Numbered from the stretch's first letter, positions 38,014 to 48,444 are shown. The stretch is DNA of 64,000 nt from Candidatus Zambryskibacteria bacterium RIFOXYD1_FULL_40_13 (GCA_001824295.1 MHWY01000002.1:73354-137353), one strand, 5' to 3'. Notes: a model not told the origin generated them from the letters alone. Translations and numbers: made by a program.

Positions 38014-38694
38014 TTAATCTAACACCTCCTGTATCTTATCCAGCACCTTTTGTGAAGCCAAACGAAACTCGGGAACAGTTGGTTTTGGTGTAAATATCAA
38101 ATCGTTTTTGACTAGTGGCTTACATATTGTTATTACAACCTTTCGCCTAGAACAAAAATACTCTTTGAAAGACATTTTATACAGAGTGTTAATTGCTATC
38201 GGTAACACTGTTGCCCCAGTAGCATATACCATGTATCCAAGGCCACCATGAGCTTCCCCTATTTTTCCATCCACCGTAATCCTACCCTCTGGAAAAATAC
38301 AAATATTATTTCCTGATTTTAAAAGTGCCAGATGATCTTTTAACGAAATAGCATAGTTTTTGTAGCCTGAATAAACTGAAGAGCCGCCAAGTAAATCAAA
38401 AAATAATCCTCCATAAAAATAACTTCTAAAACCACTAATTCTTTCTTTGTATGTTTTTTTTGGAAATGTCGCAAAATATATTGGAAAAAATTTTGAAAAA
38501 ATGGGAAAAATAAGTGGTACGGCTGTTACATCAAGTTCACTGGTATGATTAGGTGCCAAAATAATTGGTCCATTTAAATTTAGTAAATTTTCTCTGCCAT
38601 TAATTTCTAGGTGTAAAAATATGTGATGCAAAATATAAAAAACAATATATCCTATTTTTTGCAAAATAAATGGTATGTAATAAAATTTCTTCAT
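38014..38694 (-). CDS. PlsC-family acyltransferase
   Basis: NHTSELD, IFPEGR. Confidence 0.88.
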   Translation of the reverse strand: MKKFYYIPFILQKIGYIVFYILHHIFLHLEINGRENLLNLNGPIILAPNHTSELDVTAVPLIFPIFSKFFPIYFATFPKKTYKERISGFRSYFYGGLFFDLLGGSSVYSGYKNYAISLKDHLALLKSGNNICIFPEGRITVDGKIGEAHGGLGYMVYATGATVLPIAINTLYKMSFKEYFCSRRKVVITICKPLVKNDLIFTPKPTVPEFRLASQKVLDKIQEVLD

Positions 38695-38746
38695 TTTGTT
38701 CTTAATTAAGAAAAAACGCCCGCAAAAGGGACGCTTTTCTCTCTAT

Positions 38747-38857
38747 TTAGGCCGATTCTGGGATTTCTAGCTCTAATAACAAAGTGGCGTCTCGTGTTTC
38801 CAAACGGGGTTCTATTTTTTCCTTACAAATAACCTCTTTTTTCAGATACTCTAACAT
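38747..38857 (-). CDS. Possible 36-aa small protein
   Basis: MLEYLKKEVICKEKIEPRLETRDATLLLELEIPESA*; extended -10 just upstream; hairpin + U tract downstream. Confidence 0.35.
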   Translation of the reverse strand: MLEYLKKEVICKEKIEPRLETRDATLLLELEIPESA

Positions 38858-38983
38858 TGGCTAATTTATAGCATTTTATTGAAAAAACATCAACTTTTTC
38901 GCATTAAGGCGAATACTTTTATTATACAAATAGTATTAAATTATGCTCATTATCCCAAAACATCCACTACTCCAAATAGTAAC

Positions 38984-39424
38984 TTAGTCATTCTTTATAA
39001 CATAGGCAATTGTAATGTGTGGGACAAAGACATTGTCTTGATACTCAGAGAAATGCGGAAACTCTAAAAGAGCATCATGAATCATGGCAAGCTTACCATC
39101 AGAGTCATTTATTTTTATAATTAGTATTTTGCATCCTGGTTGTTTTGTGTGAAAAGCGTCAAGACTTCCAAGTTGTAATTTACTAATTTGGAAATTAGCT
39201 AGATAATTGGAAATCATTTCGTGGTTTAGTTTGCTATCATTGATACCAAAAAATAAAGTCATATGGGCATCATTCGCAACATTTCCCCCTTCTTGTTTAT
39301 CGTTAATTTTCATTGTAAACAAATCCCCTTCCGGAATTTGTTTAGACCAATTAACCAGTCCTTGAATTACTTCAGGGATAAAATCTATTGTGACATAGCC
39401 AATTTTATGTTTTGTTTGCTTCAT
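38984..39424 (-). CDS. 2H phosphoesterase superfamily protein
   Basis: Two HxT motifs: AHMTL and PHITIAY. Confidence 0.75.
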   Translation of the reverse strand: MKQTKHKIGYVTIDFIPEVIQGLVNWSKQIPEGDLFTMKINDKQEGGNVANDAHMTLFFGINDSKLNHEMISNYLANFQISKLQLGSLDAFHTKQPGCKILIIKINDSDGKLAMIHDALLEFPHFSEYQDNVFVPHITIAYVIKND

Positions 39425-39603
39425 ACAAATAGTTTATGACATAACTAAAACCTGGGGTGTATCGTTTGAATCACTTTTTGAGTACACGGTGTGGCCTCTT
39501 TTAGTTTCAATAACAAGCCTACCGTCATACTCGGGGTAATTATTTATTCAGATCCTAGGGTTTCTGATTGATTATATTCAAAATAATGATAACATATTAT
39601 CAA

Positions 39604-40191
39604 ATGAAAAATAAAAGGTTGCTATATATAATCCCAGCGCTTGGAGAGACAACAAGATCAAAAAATTATAGGGAAATAATTAAATCAGCAAAACAATCTG
39701 GACTTACAATAAAACCAATTACTATTGACTGGGACATAGATATGACAATGCCTGATTATATTGAGCAGGCTGATAAACAAATACCAGATAATATACCCAA
39801 TGACTTTATACTCGGCTTCTCTTTTGGCGCCTATATCGCTTCGATATTATCAATAAAAAAAAGGGCCAGAGGGTACATTTTTTGCTCAATCTCACCATAC
39901 TTTAAGGATGACATAAGATATATTCCAGACGAGAGTAAAAAATATTTTGGAAAAAAGATGATGGATAGTTTCAAAAAATATTCCTTTCCAAAAAAAACAT
40001 TTGGCCAGGCATGGTTTCTGGTGGGTGAAAAAGATTGGGATCTTGCGAAGAGCCGTGCAAGCAAGGCATATGCTATGTGGAATAAAGGAAAAACACTAAA
40101 AATCATAAAAGGTGCTGGTCATGAATTAACAGATTTGAATTATACGAATGCAATTAATTCTATAACAAAAAGGCTCCGGGATTTCTCCTAG
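39604..40191 (+). CDS. Alpha/beta-hydrolase-like protein
   Basis: GFSFG, VGEKD, GAGH. Confidence 0.72.
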   Translation: MKNKRLLYIIPALGETTRSKNYREIIKSAKQSGLTIKPITIDWDIDMTMPDYIEQADKQIPDNIPNDFILGFSFGAYIASILSIKKRARGYIFCSISPYFKDDIRYIPDESKKYFGKKMMDSFKKYSFPKKTFGQAWFLVGEKDWDLAKSRASKAYAMWNKGKTLKIIKGAGHELTDLNYTNAINSITKRLRDFS

Positions 40192-40217
40192 AGCCTTGAG
40201 AGGAATAAGTCTACATT

Positions 40218-41486
40218 TCATTTTTTGGATGGAAGAATGATTTCAGTAAATGTCCATTCTGGGTTAAATACTTCTTTTGTAAAATTGATAATACCTTTGT
40301 ACGTCGTGGCTTTTACATTTATCAGCTCCTCAGATAGAGATGTAATTTTACCATACTTACTTTTTTCATTAATAGCGCCCTCAACAATATCCTCTGACAG
40401 AAGTTCCGCAGAGATTATTTGGTCTATTGTAACTTTTTTTAATACATTAAACCTCTTCTTATGTTTTCCTTTTTCTATTTCCTTGATAATAGTCCAAAAT
40501 TCTTTTTGGACTATCTCTATGTTTTTCTCATCAGTTTTTATATTCATAAATATCTCACTGAAATCCTTATGAAGCCAAGTCTTGACCGTCACTCCGTAAC
40601 AAAGACCTTTTTCAGTTCTCAATCGTTCATTTAACAAATCCCATATGAGTGACCTGAAGAGCGGTACAATTTGTGCCTTTTTCTCTGGTAACCAGTCTGT
40701 TGCCCTATAAATGGTTATCTCGACTTGTTCTTGTGGGTCTCCTATATCATCACTATTTACAACACTTTTTTTGTTTTTTGGTTTTTGAACTAATCCTTTT
40801 TCATATTCAGAAAAAATCCCTTCTGGGATATTATTTACAAAAACATCTACTAGCTTAAGGTCTTTCTCTTTTATTGCACCCGCGAGAAAGATACTCATAT
40901 TTTTTTTAACGTATTTTTCTTTGTGGTAGTTTTTAATATCTAGATGGGAAATTTTTGCAATTGTCTCTGGCCAACCTAGGGCACTAGAGACCCTGGAAAA
41001 ATTGTGTCCTGTATATAAATTTTCTAAATATTTTCTTGTATAGGCTAAAAATTTCTGGTTTTTGAATCTTTTCCATGCTTCTTGAGTTATTACTTTTCTT
41101 TCATGTTCAACATCTTTTGCTTTTAGAAGCGGATTAAAAATCATATCTTTCATGCCCACTAATACATCCTTGTAGTTCTCCGGTAGACACCTTAAATGAA
41201 AAACTGTTTGATAGAGGTTTGTGTATGCGTTCCATGAATTTAGTGCGTACTTTTTTGACCACTCTTTTTGTAGTTTTTTATTTTTTATTTTTTTTGATCC
41301 ATTAAATATCATATGCTCAAGATAATGAGACAAACCTTCTTTGCCGATTGGATCAATAAAAGCCCCAGTATTAAAAACCACATATACATTTATGCAGGGA
41401 GCCCAAGGAAGGTTTTTGTAATACACAGACACACCGCCAATCTCCTTCTTAGAAAAATCATATGGATCAAAGTTCTTTATGTGCAT
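40218..41486 (-). CDS. M16 (insulinase-family) zinc peptidase
   Basis: HYLEH inverted zinc motif, NAYT, LRTEKGLCY. Confidence 0.9.
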   Translation of the reverse strand: MHIKNFDPYDFSKKEIGGVSVYYKNLPWAPCINVYVVFNTGAFIDPIGKEGLSHYLEHMIFNGSKKIKNKKLQKEWSKKYALNSWNAYTNLYQTVFHLRCLPENYKDVLVGMKDMIFNPLLKAKDVEHERKVITQEAWKRFKNQKFLAYTRKYLENLYTGHNFSRVSSALGWPETIAKISHLDIKNYHKEKYVKKNMSIFLAGAIKEKDLKLVDVFVNNIPEGIFSEYEKGLVQKPKNKKSVVNSDDIGDPQEQVEITIYRATDWLPEKKAQIVPLFRSLIWDLLNERLRTEKGLCYGVTVKTWLHKDFSEIFMNIKTDEKNIEIVQKEFWTIIKEIEKGKHKKRFNVLKKVTIDQIISAELLSEDIVEGAINEKSKYGKITSLSEELINVKATTYKGIINFTKEVFNPEWTFTEIILPSKK

Positions 41487-41500
41487 AATTTTATTGGTTA

Positions 41501-42166
41501 TTATTGTTTCAATTCTGAAACGGCTTTAATAATTTTATGTATGTCAGGAAAATTAACATCATATATTTCAGTTATTTTCTCTGTGTTACGTGGATTTCTT
41601 TGTAATTTCTGCCTTTCTGGAAAAAATCTATTTATGGTTAGGTCAACGATTCGTTCCTTTGTCCAGTGTTCTATATCATATTCCTCTATCAGCGGTTGAA
41701 TCGTCAAATGAACTATCTCATGCGCAATTGTATAATGTGCTGTATCTCCTCTATCAATATTTAATATGACTTTGCTTGGATAATGATAACTTCCTCCACC
41801 ACCATATCTTGTAAGCGAAATAAAATATTTATTCTGAATTGGCATTCCAAGAACCCTAAGATTTTCAAAAAAACCACTTTTTACAACATTCCAGGCTTTT
41901 TCTATTAAAACCCGAGTCTTTTCTAATTCTTCACCGCTGAATTCACAAGAAACTGCTTTCTCTATATCCTCATCCGTTATATCAGAAACATCTGGAAGTC
42001 TCATGGTTATTGCCTGTGGAAATTTTAGTTTGTACCCACGCTCCATGTACCATGCATATTTATCCAACGTAGTTCTCACTCTGCCAAACTCTTCAGAAAT
42101 CGAGTATAGAAAACTTAGTTCGGGGGTAGGCACTGCCTCCTGTGGTGTTAGGTCTTCAATTGTCAT
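41501..42166 (-). CDS. Hypothetical protein with HExxH motif (possible zincin)
   Basis: YGGGGSY, IAHEIVH, KERIVD. Confidence 0.65.
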   Translation of the reverse strand: MTIEDLTPQEAVPTPELSFLYSISEEFGRVRTTLDKYAWYMERGYKLKFPQAITMRLPDVSDITDEDIEKAVSCEFSGEELEKTRVLIEKAWNVVKSGFFENLRVLGMPIQNKYFISLTRYGGGGSYHYPSKVILNIDRGDTAHYTIAHEIVHLTIQPLIEEYDIEHWTKERIVDLTINRFFPERQKLQRNPRNTEKITEIYDVNFPDIHKIIKAVSELKQ

Positions 42167-42257
42167 ATTATTAATTTATATAAATATATCACGATAACAA
42201 ACTGTGGATAAGTCTTGACTTTACCCAATAATCAGCTATACTATCAATATCATTATG

Positions 42258-42299
42258 AAAAAGACCCCTGTGTAGATACGTCTACACTGGGGGCTTTTT
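42258..42299. terminator. Bidirectional hairpin at the NYN gene 3' end
   Basis: aaaaagacccctgtgtaga-tacg-tctacactgggggcttttt. Confidence 0.75.
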
Positions 42300-42301
42300 C
42301 T

Positions 42302-42784
42302 TTATGCCTTGTTAGAAAATTTATGATACAGGTCATTAAGAAAGGTTATTTCTATGTTTTTATTTCTCAATAAAAATGAGCATTTATTTATGTCTGGTGC
42401 AATTATATTCCTTATTGACTTATTCTCTTGTAAAAATTCAACCAAACATCCAAAATCCCCATCTCCAGTTATTAGAATGCATGAGTTAAATGATTTTGTG
42501 TAGAAATCAGAAACAGCTTTTAATACTAGCTCTGCATCACAATTTCCTTTGATTTTTTCCCCGATCGAAACTGTTTGCTTGAAAACTAAAATATAACCAC
42601 ATTTTTGCAAATACTCATAGAATTTAGCCCTTCCTGGTACAAGCCCTATAAACAAATACACAAATTCGGGGTTGTATTTCTGACGAAGCCACCCACGAAA
42701 CTTCTTGTAATCAATTTCAAAACCTAACTCCTTGGCACTGCGATAAAGATTGTTTCCATCAATATAAATAATAGTTTTATTCAT
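42302..42784 (-). CDS. NYN-domain (LabA/PIN-like) ribonuclease
   Basis: YIDGNNL, KGNCDAEL, TGDGDF. Confidence 0.9.
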   Translation of the reverse strand: MNKTIIYIDGNNLYRSAKELGFEIDYKKFRGWLRQKYNPEFVYLFIGLVPGRAKFYEYLQKCGYILVFKQTVSIGEKIKGNCDAELVLKAVSDFYTKSFNSCILITGDGDFGCLVEFLQENKSIRNIIAPDINKCSFLLRNKNIEITFLNDLYHKFSNKA

Positions 42785-42822
42785 ACAAAATATTTTACCA
42801 CAAATCAATATGAGGTAATTAA

Positions 42823-44067
42823 TTATTCAGATCTTAGTGCTTCTATTGGGTCCATTCTTGAGGCAGAACGAGCTGGAAAAACCCCAAAGAAAATACCTAT
42901 AGAAGCAGATACACCAAAGGCAAGTAAGACTGCGTAAATTGGTACGGAAAAAGTCCAGGTCATATTGGCATTTGTCGCGATTAGGGACACTACCCATCCC
43001 AGAAATGCTCCAAAAGCAATACCTATTATTCCACCAAAAACAGTTACCAAAACCGCCTCCATTAGAAATTCATTCATTATATCTCCCTCCCTGGCACCCA
43101 AAGCTTTTTTAAGGCCAATTTCTGCAGTACGCTCTGTCACAACAACATACATAATATTCATAATACCTACACCACCAACAATCAAAGAAATAGTTGCGAT
43201 TGCAATGAGAAGATAAGTGATTCCAGAAAAAATGGTATTGAATGTTGCCATGGCCTCATCCATGGTTTGAACACTGAAGTCATCTTTATATGGGTCAGTT
43301 ATATTATGGTTATCTCGTACCAAAATTTTTATTTGCTCTACGGTTGAATCGGCTTTGGTTATATCCGCCAACTGAATAATACCTATAGACATATAATCTA
43401 TACCCAATAATTTTTTTTGGGCAGTGGTGATTGGGATAAAGACGATGCCGTCTGTATCAGAAAGCGCTCCTTGTGATTCATACACTCCTATCACCTGAAA
43501 GTTCAAATTACCAAGTCGGAATAGTTTTCCAAGCGGGTCGTCTTGTCCAAACAAGTCCTCTGCGACCTTGCTACCAAGTATGGCAACGGTCGCGCCACTG
43601 CTATCTTCGGCCTCACTATATACCCTACCCTTTGCAAGTTCTGTTTTATCAAAATTAAAACGAGATGCTGACGAGGCATAATAGATTGTACTTTTTTTAT
43701 TACTTCTGTAGATAGCTAGAGCTTGGCCTGTAACTATTCCATAACTGTCAACAACATTCGGCAACTTTTCTATATCATCCAAATCCCTTTGTTTAAAACT
43801 TGTTATCGTAACACCACTGAAGGCAGAACTTATACTTTGTGAGTTTGAGGCCCTGTTCTTGGTTGTGGGAGGGACTTTGGTCTGAATAAATATTGTGTTG
43901 GTACCAAGAGTATCAACCTCGTTGTCTATAAGAGAGCGGAATCCTGCGCCAGCAGACAAAACTAGAATAACCGTACCAATACCAATAATAATACCAAGCA
44001 TTGTCAGGGCAGTTCGTCCGGGATTTGATTTAAGTGCTTTGATGGATTGTTTTAGTGCTGTAATCAT
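42823..44067 (-). CDS. MacB/FtsX-type ABC permease
   Basis: LTMLGIIIG, VGGVGIMNIM, ERTAEIG, DPIEALR. Confidence 0.92.
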   Translation of the reverse strand: MITALKQSIKALKSNPGRTALTMLGIIIGIGTVILVLSAGAGFRSLIDNEVDTLGTNTIFIQTKVPPTTKNRASNSQSISSAFSGVTITSFKQRDLDDIEKLPNVVDSYGIVTGQALAIYRSNKKSTIYYASSASRFNFDKTELAKGRVYSEAEDSSGATVAILGSKVAEDLFGQDDPLGKLFRLGNLNFQVIGVYESQGALSDTDGIVFIPITTAQKKLLGIDYMSIGIIQLADITKADSTVEQIKILVRDNHNITDPYKDDFSVQTMDEAMATFNTIFSGITYLLIAIATISLIVGGVGIMNIMYVVVTERTAEIGLKKALGAREGDIMNEFLMEAVLVTVFGGIIGIAFGAFLGWVVSLIATNANMTWTFSVPIYAVLLAFGVSASIGIFFGVFPARSASRMDPIEALRSE

Positions 44068-44113
44068 AAATTTACTTTACTAACTTTATGGACTTTATAG
44101 ACTTTCGACTATT

Positions 44114-45385
44114 TTATTCGTACCTTAACGCCTCTATGGGGTCAAGTCTTGATGCTTTGAATGATGGATAAAGTCCAAATATAACTCCGGTCAAAATAGA
44201 AACACCCACGGCCAAGACTACAGAAGTAATAGAAATAACAAACTCCCAATCAAAATCCAGATACTGCATGAGCATAGCCATGAGATAGGAAACAATAACA
44301 CCAACGACAATTCCTATAAGCCCACCAATAGATGTAAGAATACTTGCCTCCAATATAAATTGTCGCATGATTACTCTGTTTGTAGCTCCAACGGCCTTTC
44401 TCAAACCAATCTCTCGTGTTCTCTCGGCAACAGTAACAAGCATAATATTGAGAATTCCAATACCGCCGACAATGAGAGCAACCGCGGCCATTGAGGTTAG
44501 AAACAAACTTAATGCTGATGTAATAGTGGTGAGCATCTCCACGGCACTTGCTTGGTTTCTCACGGTAAAATCTATATCGTCATCCGAAATGATATGGTGT
44601 CTCTGTTTCAACACCCTCGTTACATCATCAATTGTTTGATCAATATTATCCGCCGAATCCACTTTCAAACTAATGGCCTGTAAATGATGGATACCAAGAA
44701 GCTGTCCTTGTGCAATAGCTAGCGGAATAAATATTTGGTCATCTTGATCTTGAAAAAAAGCACTACCTCTGGGTGTTATCACGCCCACAATTCTAAGTGG
44801 TACACCACCAGCGTTTTCTTGTGAGGCACTTCTGACCTTGATGATTTGGCCAACTGGGTCAACGCCAGTGCCGTCAAACAAGGCACTACTTACCGTTGAA
44901 CCAAGTACCACGACATTGGCGGAACCATCTATATCTCCGGAATCCATAAACTGTCCCTCCTGCATTGTAAAGTTAACCACTTTTGGATACCCAGAATCAG
45001 TGCCAACAAAATTTGTATCAACGCTTTTGTTTTGCCAAGTCACAGTAGCCACACCGTTTACTACAGCACTTACACCAATAGCGTGCGGAACCTGAGAAGG
45101 AGAACGCAACGCTTCGGTATCAGCGTTAACAAGTGTAGTAATAATAACTCCGTAAACCTGCGCCGGTGGGCCCTTTGGATCACTTTTGCCAGGCTGAACA
45201 CTTAGGAGGTTTGAACCGAGTTTGTTTACTTGTCCCAAGACAAGCGACTGAGCGCCAGCCCCAAGTGAAATAATTATTATCACACCAGCAACACCGATGA
45301 CGATACCCAGCATAGTCAGAAATGACCGCCCTTTTCTTGCCAGAAGATTCCTTACCGTCATTTTAATTGTTGAGATAAAACCCAT
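44114..45385 (-). CDS. MacB/FtsX-type ABC permease
   Basis: RSFLTMLGIVIG, ERTREIGLRKAVGA, DPIEALRYE. Confidence 0.92.
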   Translation of the reverse strand: MGFISTIKMTVRNLLARKGRSFLTMLGIVIGVAGVIIIISLGAGAQSLVLGQVNKLGSNLLSVQPGKSDPKGPPAQVYGVIITTLVNADTEALRSPSQVPHAIGVSAVVNGVATVTWQNKSVDTNFVGTDSGYPKVVNFTMQEGQFMDSGDIDGSANVVVLGSTVSSALFDGTGVDPVGQIIKVRSASQENAGGVPLRIVGVITPRGSAFFQDQDDQIFIPLAIAQGQLLGIHHLQAISLKVDSADNIDQTIDDVTRVLKQRHHIISDDDIDFTVRNQASAVEMLTTITSALSLFLTSMAAVALIVGGIGILNIMLVTVAERTREIGLRKAVGATNRVIMRQFILEASILTSIGGLIGIVVGVIVSYLMAMLMQYLDFDWEFVISITSVVLAVGVSILTGVIFGLYPSFKASRLDPIEALRYE

Positions 45386-45419
45386 AGAATTAATTGCGAA
45401 GATAAACTTAGTCGAAATG

Positions 45420-46136
45420 CTATTTATTCAAAACCTTATCGGGGGTAGCAATCGTTCGTTTCAAAACTTTTTCATCACTGACAATCAAGCCATCTTTTAT
45501 GTGAATGATTCTCTTTGCGTGATTTGCCGTATCCTGCTCGTGAGTTACTAAAATGATTGTGTGTCCCTTATTATTAAGACTTTGAAGAATCTCCAATACT
45601 GCATTACCTGACCGCGAATCAAGGTTACCTGTTGGTTCGTCTGCAAAAATAACAGCGGGGTTACAGACAAGAGCACGTGCGATAGCAACCCTTTGCTTCT
45701 CCCCTCCAGATATTTGGTTTGTAAAAAAGTCCAAACGATGTGATAGACCTACGTCAGCCAAGGCTTTTTTGGCAAGGTCATCATGGTTTTTTTTCTTGCT
45801 ATATATGAGAGGTAATTTTACATTATCCAGTACTGTAGTTCGTGCAAGCAGGTTAAAGGACTGAAAAACGAAACCAATCCTTTCATTTCTAAGGTTAGCT
45901 AAGTAGTCTTTATCAAAATCCTTTGTATCACTGCCTTCAAATTTATATAAACCTCCAGTAGGACGGTCAAGAAAACTGAGTATATGCATAAGAGTAGACT
46001 TACCAGAACCTGATGGTCCCATGATAGCCACAAACTCTCCCTGTTCCATAATAAAATCCACTCCATGTAGTACAGGGGTTACTACTCCATCGTTTGTGTA
46101 ATCCTTCTGTAAATTTTCTACTTCAATAATAGGCAT
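45420..46136 (-). CDS. ABC ATP-binding protein (LolD/MacB type)
   Basis: [26 protein letters not shown]. Confidence 0.95.
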   Translation of the reverse strand: MPIIEVENLQKDYTNDGVVTPVLHGVDFIMEQGEFVAIMGPSGSGKSTLMHILSFLDRPTGGLYKFEGSDTKDFDKDYLANLRNERIGFVFQSFNLLARTTVLDNVKLPLIYSKKKNHDDLAKKALADVGLSHRLDFFTNQISGGEKQRVAIARALVCNPAVIFADEPTGNLDSRSGNAVLEILQSLNNKGHTIILVTHEQDTANHAKRIIHIKDGLIVSDEKVLKRTIATPDKVLNK

Positions 46137-46148
46137 AGAAGCAACTGG

Positions 46149-47741
46149 TTATTTCATGTATGTAATTACTTCCTGACCTTCGGTTAGCCCTGAAAGTATT
46201 TCTGTCAGTCCACTATCAGCCTCTAGTCCTGTCGTAACCTCAACTTCGTGAAATGTTTTGAGCTCTGGATTATCCACAACTTTAACAAACCTTTTACTTT
46301 CCTTATTTACAATCGCAGAAGACGGAACGGTCAATACTGCATCTTTTTCCGCAACCAGGATGGTCATATTTGCAGTCATTCCAGGTTTTATGTTTGGAAT
46401 ATTATCCAAGCTTCCTATAACCTTATAATTAACCACCCCAGAAACAACAGTTGAGGCTGGATTAACAACCAAGACCTTGCTTTGAAAATGTTCGAACGGT
46501 CCAAGCGCATCAAATGTGTTATCAATAACTTGTCCGACTTCGACAGAAGCGATGTCAGCTTCACTAACAAGAGCTTCGGCGTGAAGTTGCCCTATATTCT
46601 GTAATTTCATCACCTCTTTCATTGCCTGTGCCTGCTCACCAAGTTTAATATCCACTTTTGTAATAGTACCTGATGCTGGAGCACGAAGAACTGTATTACT
46701 AAGCGCCACTTGTGCAGAATCTAGCTGACCTTGAGCTGATAGAAGTTGTGCTTTCGCAATATCTAAATCTTCCTGTCTTGCAGGGGCCTTTTTCAAGGAA
46801 AGCGTAGCCTTAGCCTGGTTTAAGCTGGCCTCAGCAGTTTTGATTGCTTGTTTATATGTGATTATGGCAGTAGATAAAGAGTCAACAGTAGTTTTTCCTG
46901 TCACCACTGCTGACTGATAAGCCGTTACGGTTGTCTGACTTCCACTTGATGAAACCTGTGTATGTATAGACAACAAAGCAATAATATCAGTCAGGTGTTC
47001 ACTTATGGTCGTAAGGTAGGAAATAGAATTATCCGTCACTAAATCAAGATTGGTTTCACTAGCTGTTGAGATTTCAATAGGCCAGCGTGAAAGTAGTAAA
47101 TCTATTATCACGTGCTGATTATTAGCATCAATAACCATCTGTTGATTTGTCTGAACCGTACCGCTTATTTCGAACTGCGGAAAGCTCGATTGTGGATTAG
47201 AAAATAGATTATTTGTATTAGATATAATGACAGTATTCGCATTATTATATGCAGTCGTGAGTTGATTTAGGAGATTTTGTTTTGCATTAAGAAGTGCTGT
47301 CTCTGCTACATCAACACTAGCTTGGCTGACAGCCACATCCTGATCTGTCGCAGCAGAAAGAATCTTGTTGTAATTCGCCTCAGCTTGAGCAAAAGCCCCT
47401 TGTGCCGTCTTAAGACTAGCCAGTGCTATACCCTGATCCAAAACCGCCAGTGTTTGTCCAGCAAGGACAACACTACCCTCTTTTACATTAACTTGCCTTA
47501 CAACTCCACCACCCTGAAAACTTAAGCTCAAGTCTACGAGACTTACCACCTGGCCAGTTGTCAAAACAGTTTTCTTTATGTCTTGAATCTTTGCTGTATC
47601 GGTCTGAATATTACCATTTGAATCCCCACCCCCAAAAATCCAGAAACCAAGAAGTAACACTAGGACTATAATTGTAGTCCAAATAATTTTTTTCTTGGTA
47701 AAAAAGACTTTTATTTTTGAAATCATTGTAGAGGTATTCAT
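46149..47741 (-). CDS. Efflux periplasmic adaptor (MacA/HlyD-type MFP)
   Basis: TM anchor, lipoyl-like halves, long coiled coil, IKPGMTAN. Confidence 0.88.
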   Translation of the reverse strand: MNTSTMISKIKVFFTKKKIIWTTIIVLVLLLGFWIFGGGDSNGNIQTDTAKIQDIKKTVLTTGQVVSLVDLSLSFQGGGVVRQVNVKEGSVVLAGQTLAVLDQGIALASLKTAQGAFAQAEANYNKILSAATDQDVAVSQASVDVAETALLNAKQNLLNQLTTAYNNANTVIISNTNNLFSNPQSSFPQFEISGTVQTNQQMVIDANNQHVIIDLLLSRWPIEISTASETNLDLVTDNSISYLTTISEHLTDIIALLSIHTQVSSSGSQTTVTAYQSAVVTGKTTVDSLSTAIITYKQAIKTAEASLNQAKATLSLKKAPARQEDLDIAKAQLLSAQGQLDSAQVALSNTVLRAPASGTITKVDIKLGEQAQAMKEVMKLQNIGQLHAEALVSEADIASVEVGQVIDNTFDALGPFEHFQSKVLVVNPASTVVSGVVNYKVIGSLDNIPNIKPGMTANMTILVAEKDAVLTVPSSAIVNKESKRFVKVVDNPELKTFHEVEVTTGLEADSGLTEILSGLTEGQEVITYMK

Positions 47742-47819
47742 TTGTAGGAATTTATGTTGTTAAATTTAGTTACCAGCTGTGCATTATATCACGATTGGCG
47801 CTTGTTCTCAAATACGGCT

Positions 47820-48272
47820 TCACTTCAACCCCTTACAGTTAGACGCTGGTAAGTATCCAGCATTACGGGCTTCTTCTGTGGAGGCAAACTTAATCTGGTT
47901 TTCTGGTTTAATCATTTTGACAGTGCCACACCATGGAAAATAATATTTTTTGCCATTTTTTGAGCCGATGACTTCCCCATTATTCACTGTAGAATTGGGG
48001 CTAATTTGGGCCACATTCTGGGAAAGTGACTGCAATACTGCCCCCGTCTGAACATTAGCCACATATTCAATCTTTATTGGTTCGTGGTGTTCCTCAAGAG
48101 CTGAAAGCCTACCAAGGGCGAAGAAAATAATACCAGTGAGTATTATGACGAATAATACATAAAACGACTTTACCCGGTAGTGAATTTTGGCATCACTTAC
48201 TGTTTGCTCTGAAGGAGCAATGCCAAAATCTACTACCGGGTTGCTTTTTCTCCATAAATCCTTTATACTCAT
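47820..48272 (-). CDS. Membrane protein with C-terminal Ada-like metal-binding domain; contains an in-frame palindromic insert
   Basis: GSKNGKKYYFPWC...EEARNAGYLPASNC; ATG 48272 lies 7 nt after TAAAAT. Confidence 0.72.
   Translation of the reverse strand: MSIKDLWRKSNPVVDFGIAPSEQTVSDAKIHYRVKSFYVLFVIILTGIIFFALGRLSALEEHHEPIKIEYVANVQTGAVLQSLSQNVAQISPNSTVNNGEVIGSKNGKKYYFPWCGTVKMIKPENQIKFASTEEARNAGYLPASNCKGLK
48172..48241. repeat. Palindromic element, CCCGGTAG family, copy 2 (inside CDS)
   Basis: acccggtagtgaattttggcat...atgccaaaatctactaccgggt. Confidence 0.88.
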
Positions 48273-48347
48273 GAAGTTCATTTTACAGCATTTAGTGGGT
48301 ATTATAAAGGTCTATTTTAATCATTATCATACAGATTTACATAGTAG

Positions 48348-48422
48348 AATTTCTAATTTCTAATTTCTAATCTCTAAACAATTTCTAATGTTTGAGAATT
48401 GAAAATTGAAAATTGAAAATTT
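48348..48422. repeat. Inverted heptamer arrays (AATTTCT)n ... (AATTGAA)n
   Basis: aatttctaatttctaatttctaatctct...gaattgaaaattgaaaattgaaaatt. Confidence 0.8.
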
Positions 48423-48444
48423 TGTTTATGTAACCATAAACAAC

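Noticed and set aside
39433-39550. Start-less minus-strand frame (...NNYPEYDGRLVIETKRGHTVYSKSDSNDTPQVLVMS*)
   Set aside because: Possible gene remnant, but no start codon or recognisable motif
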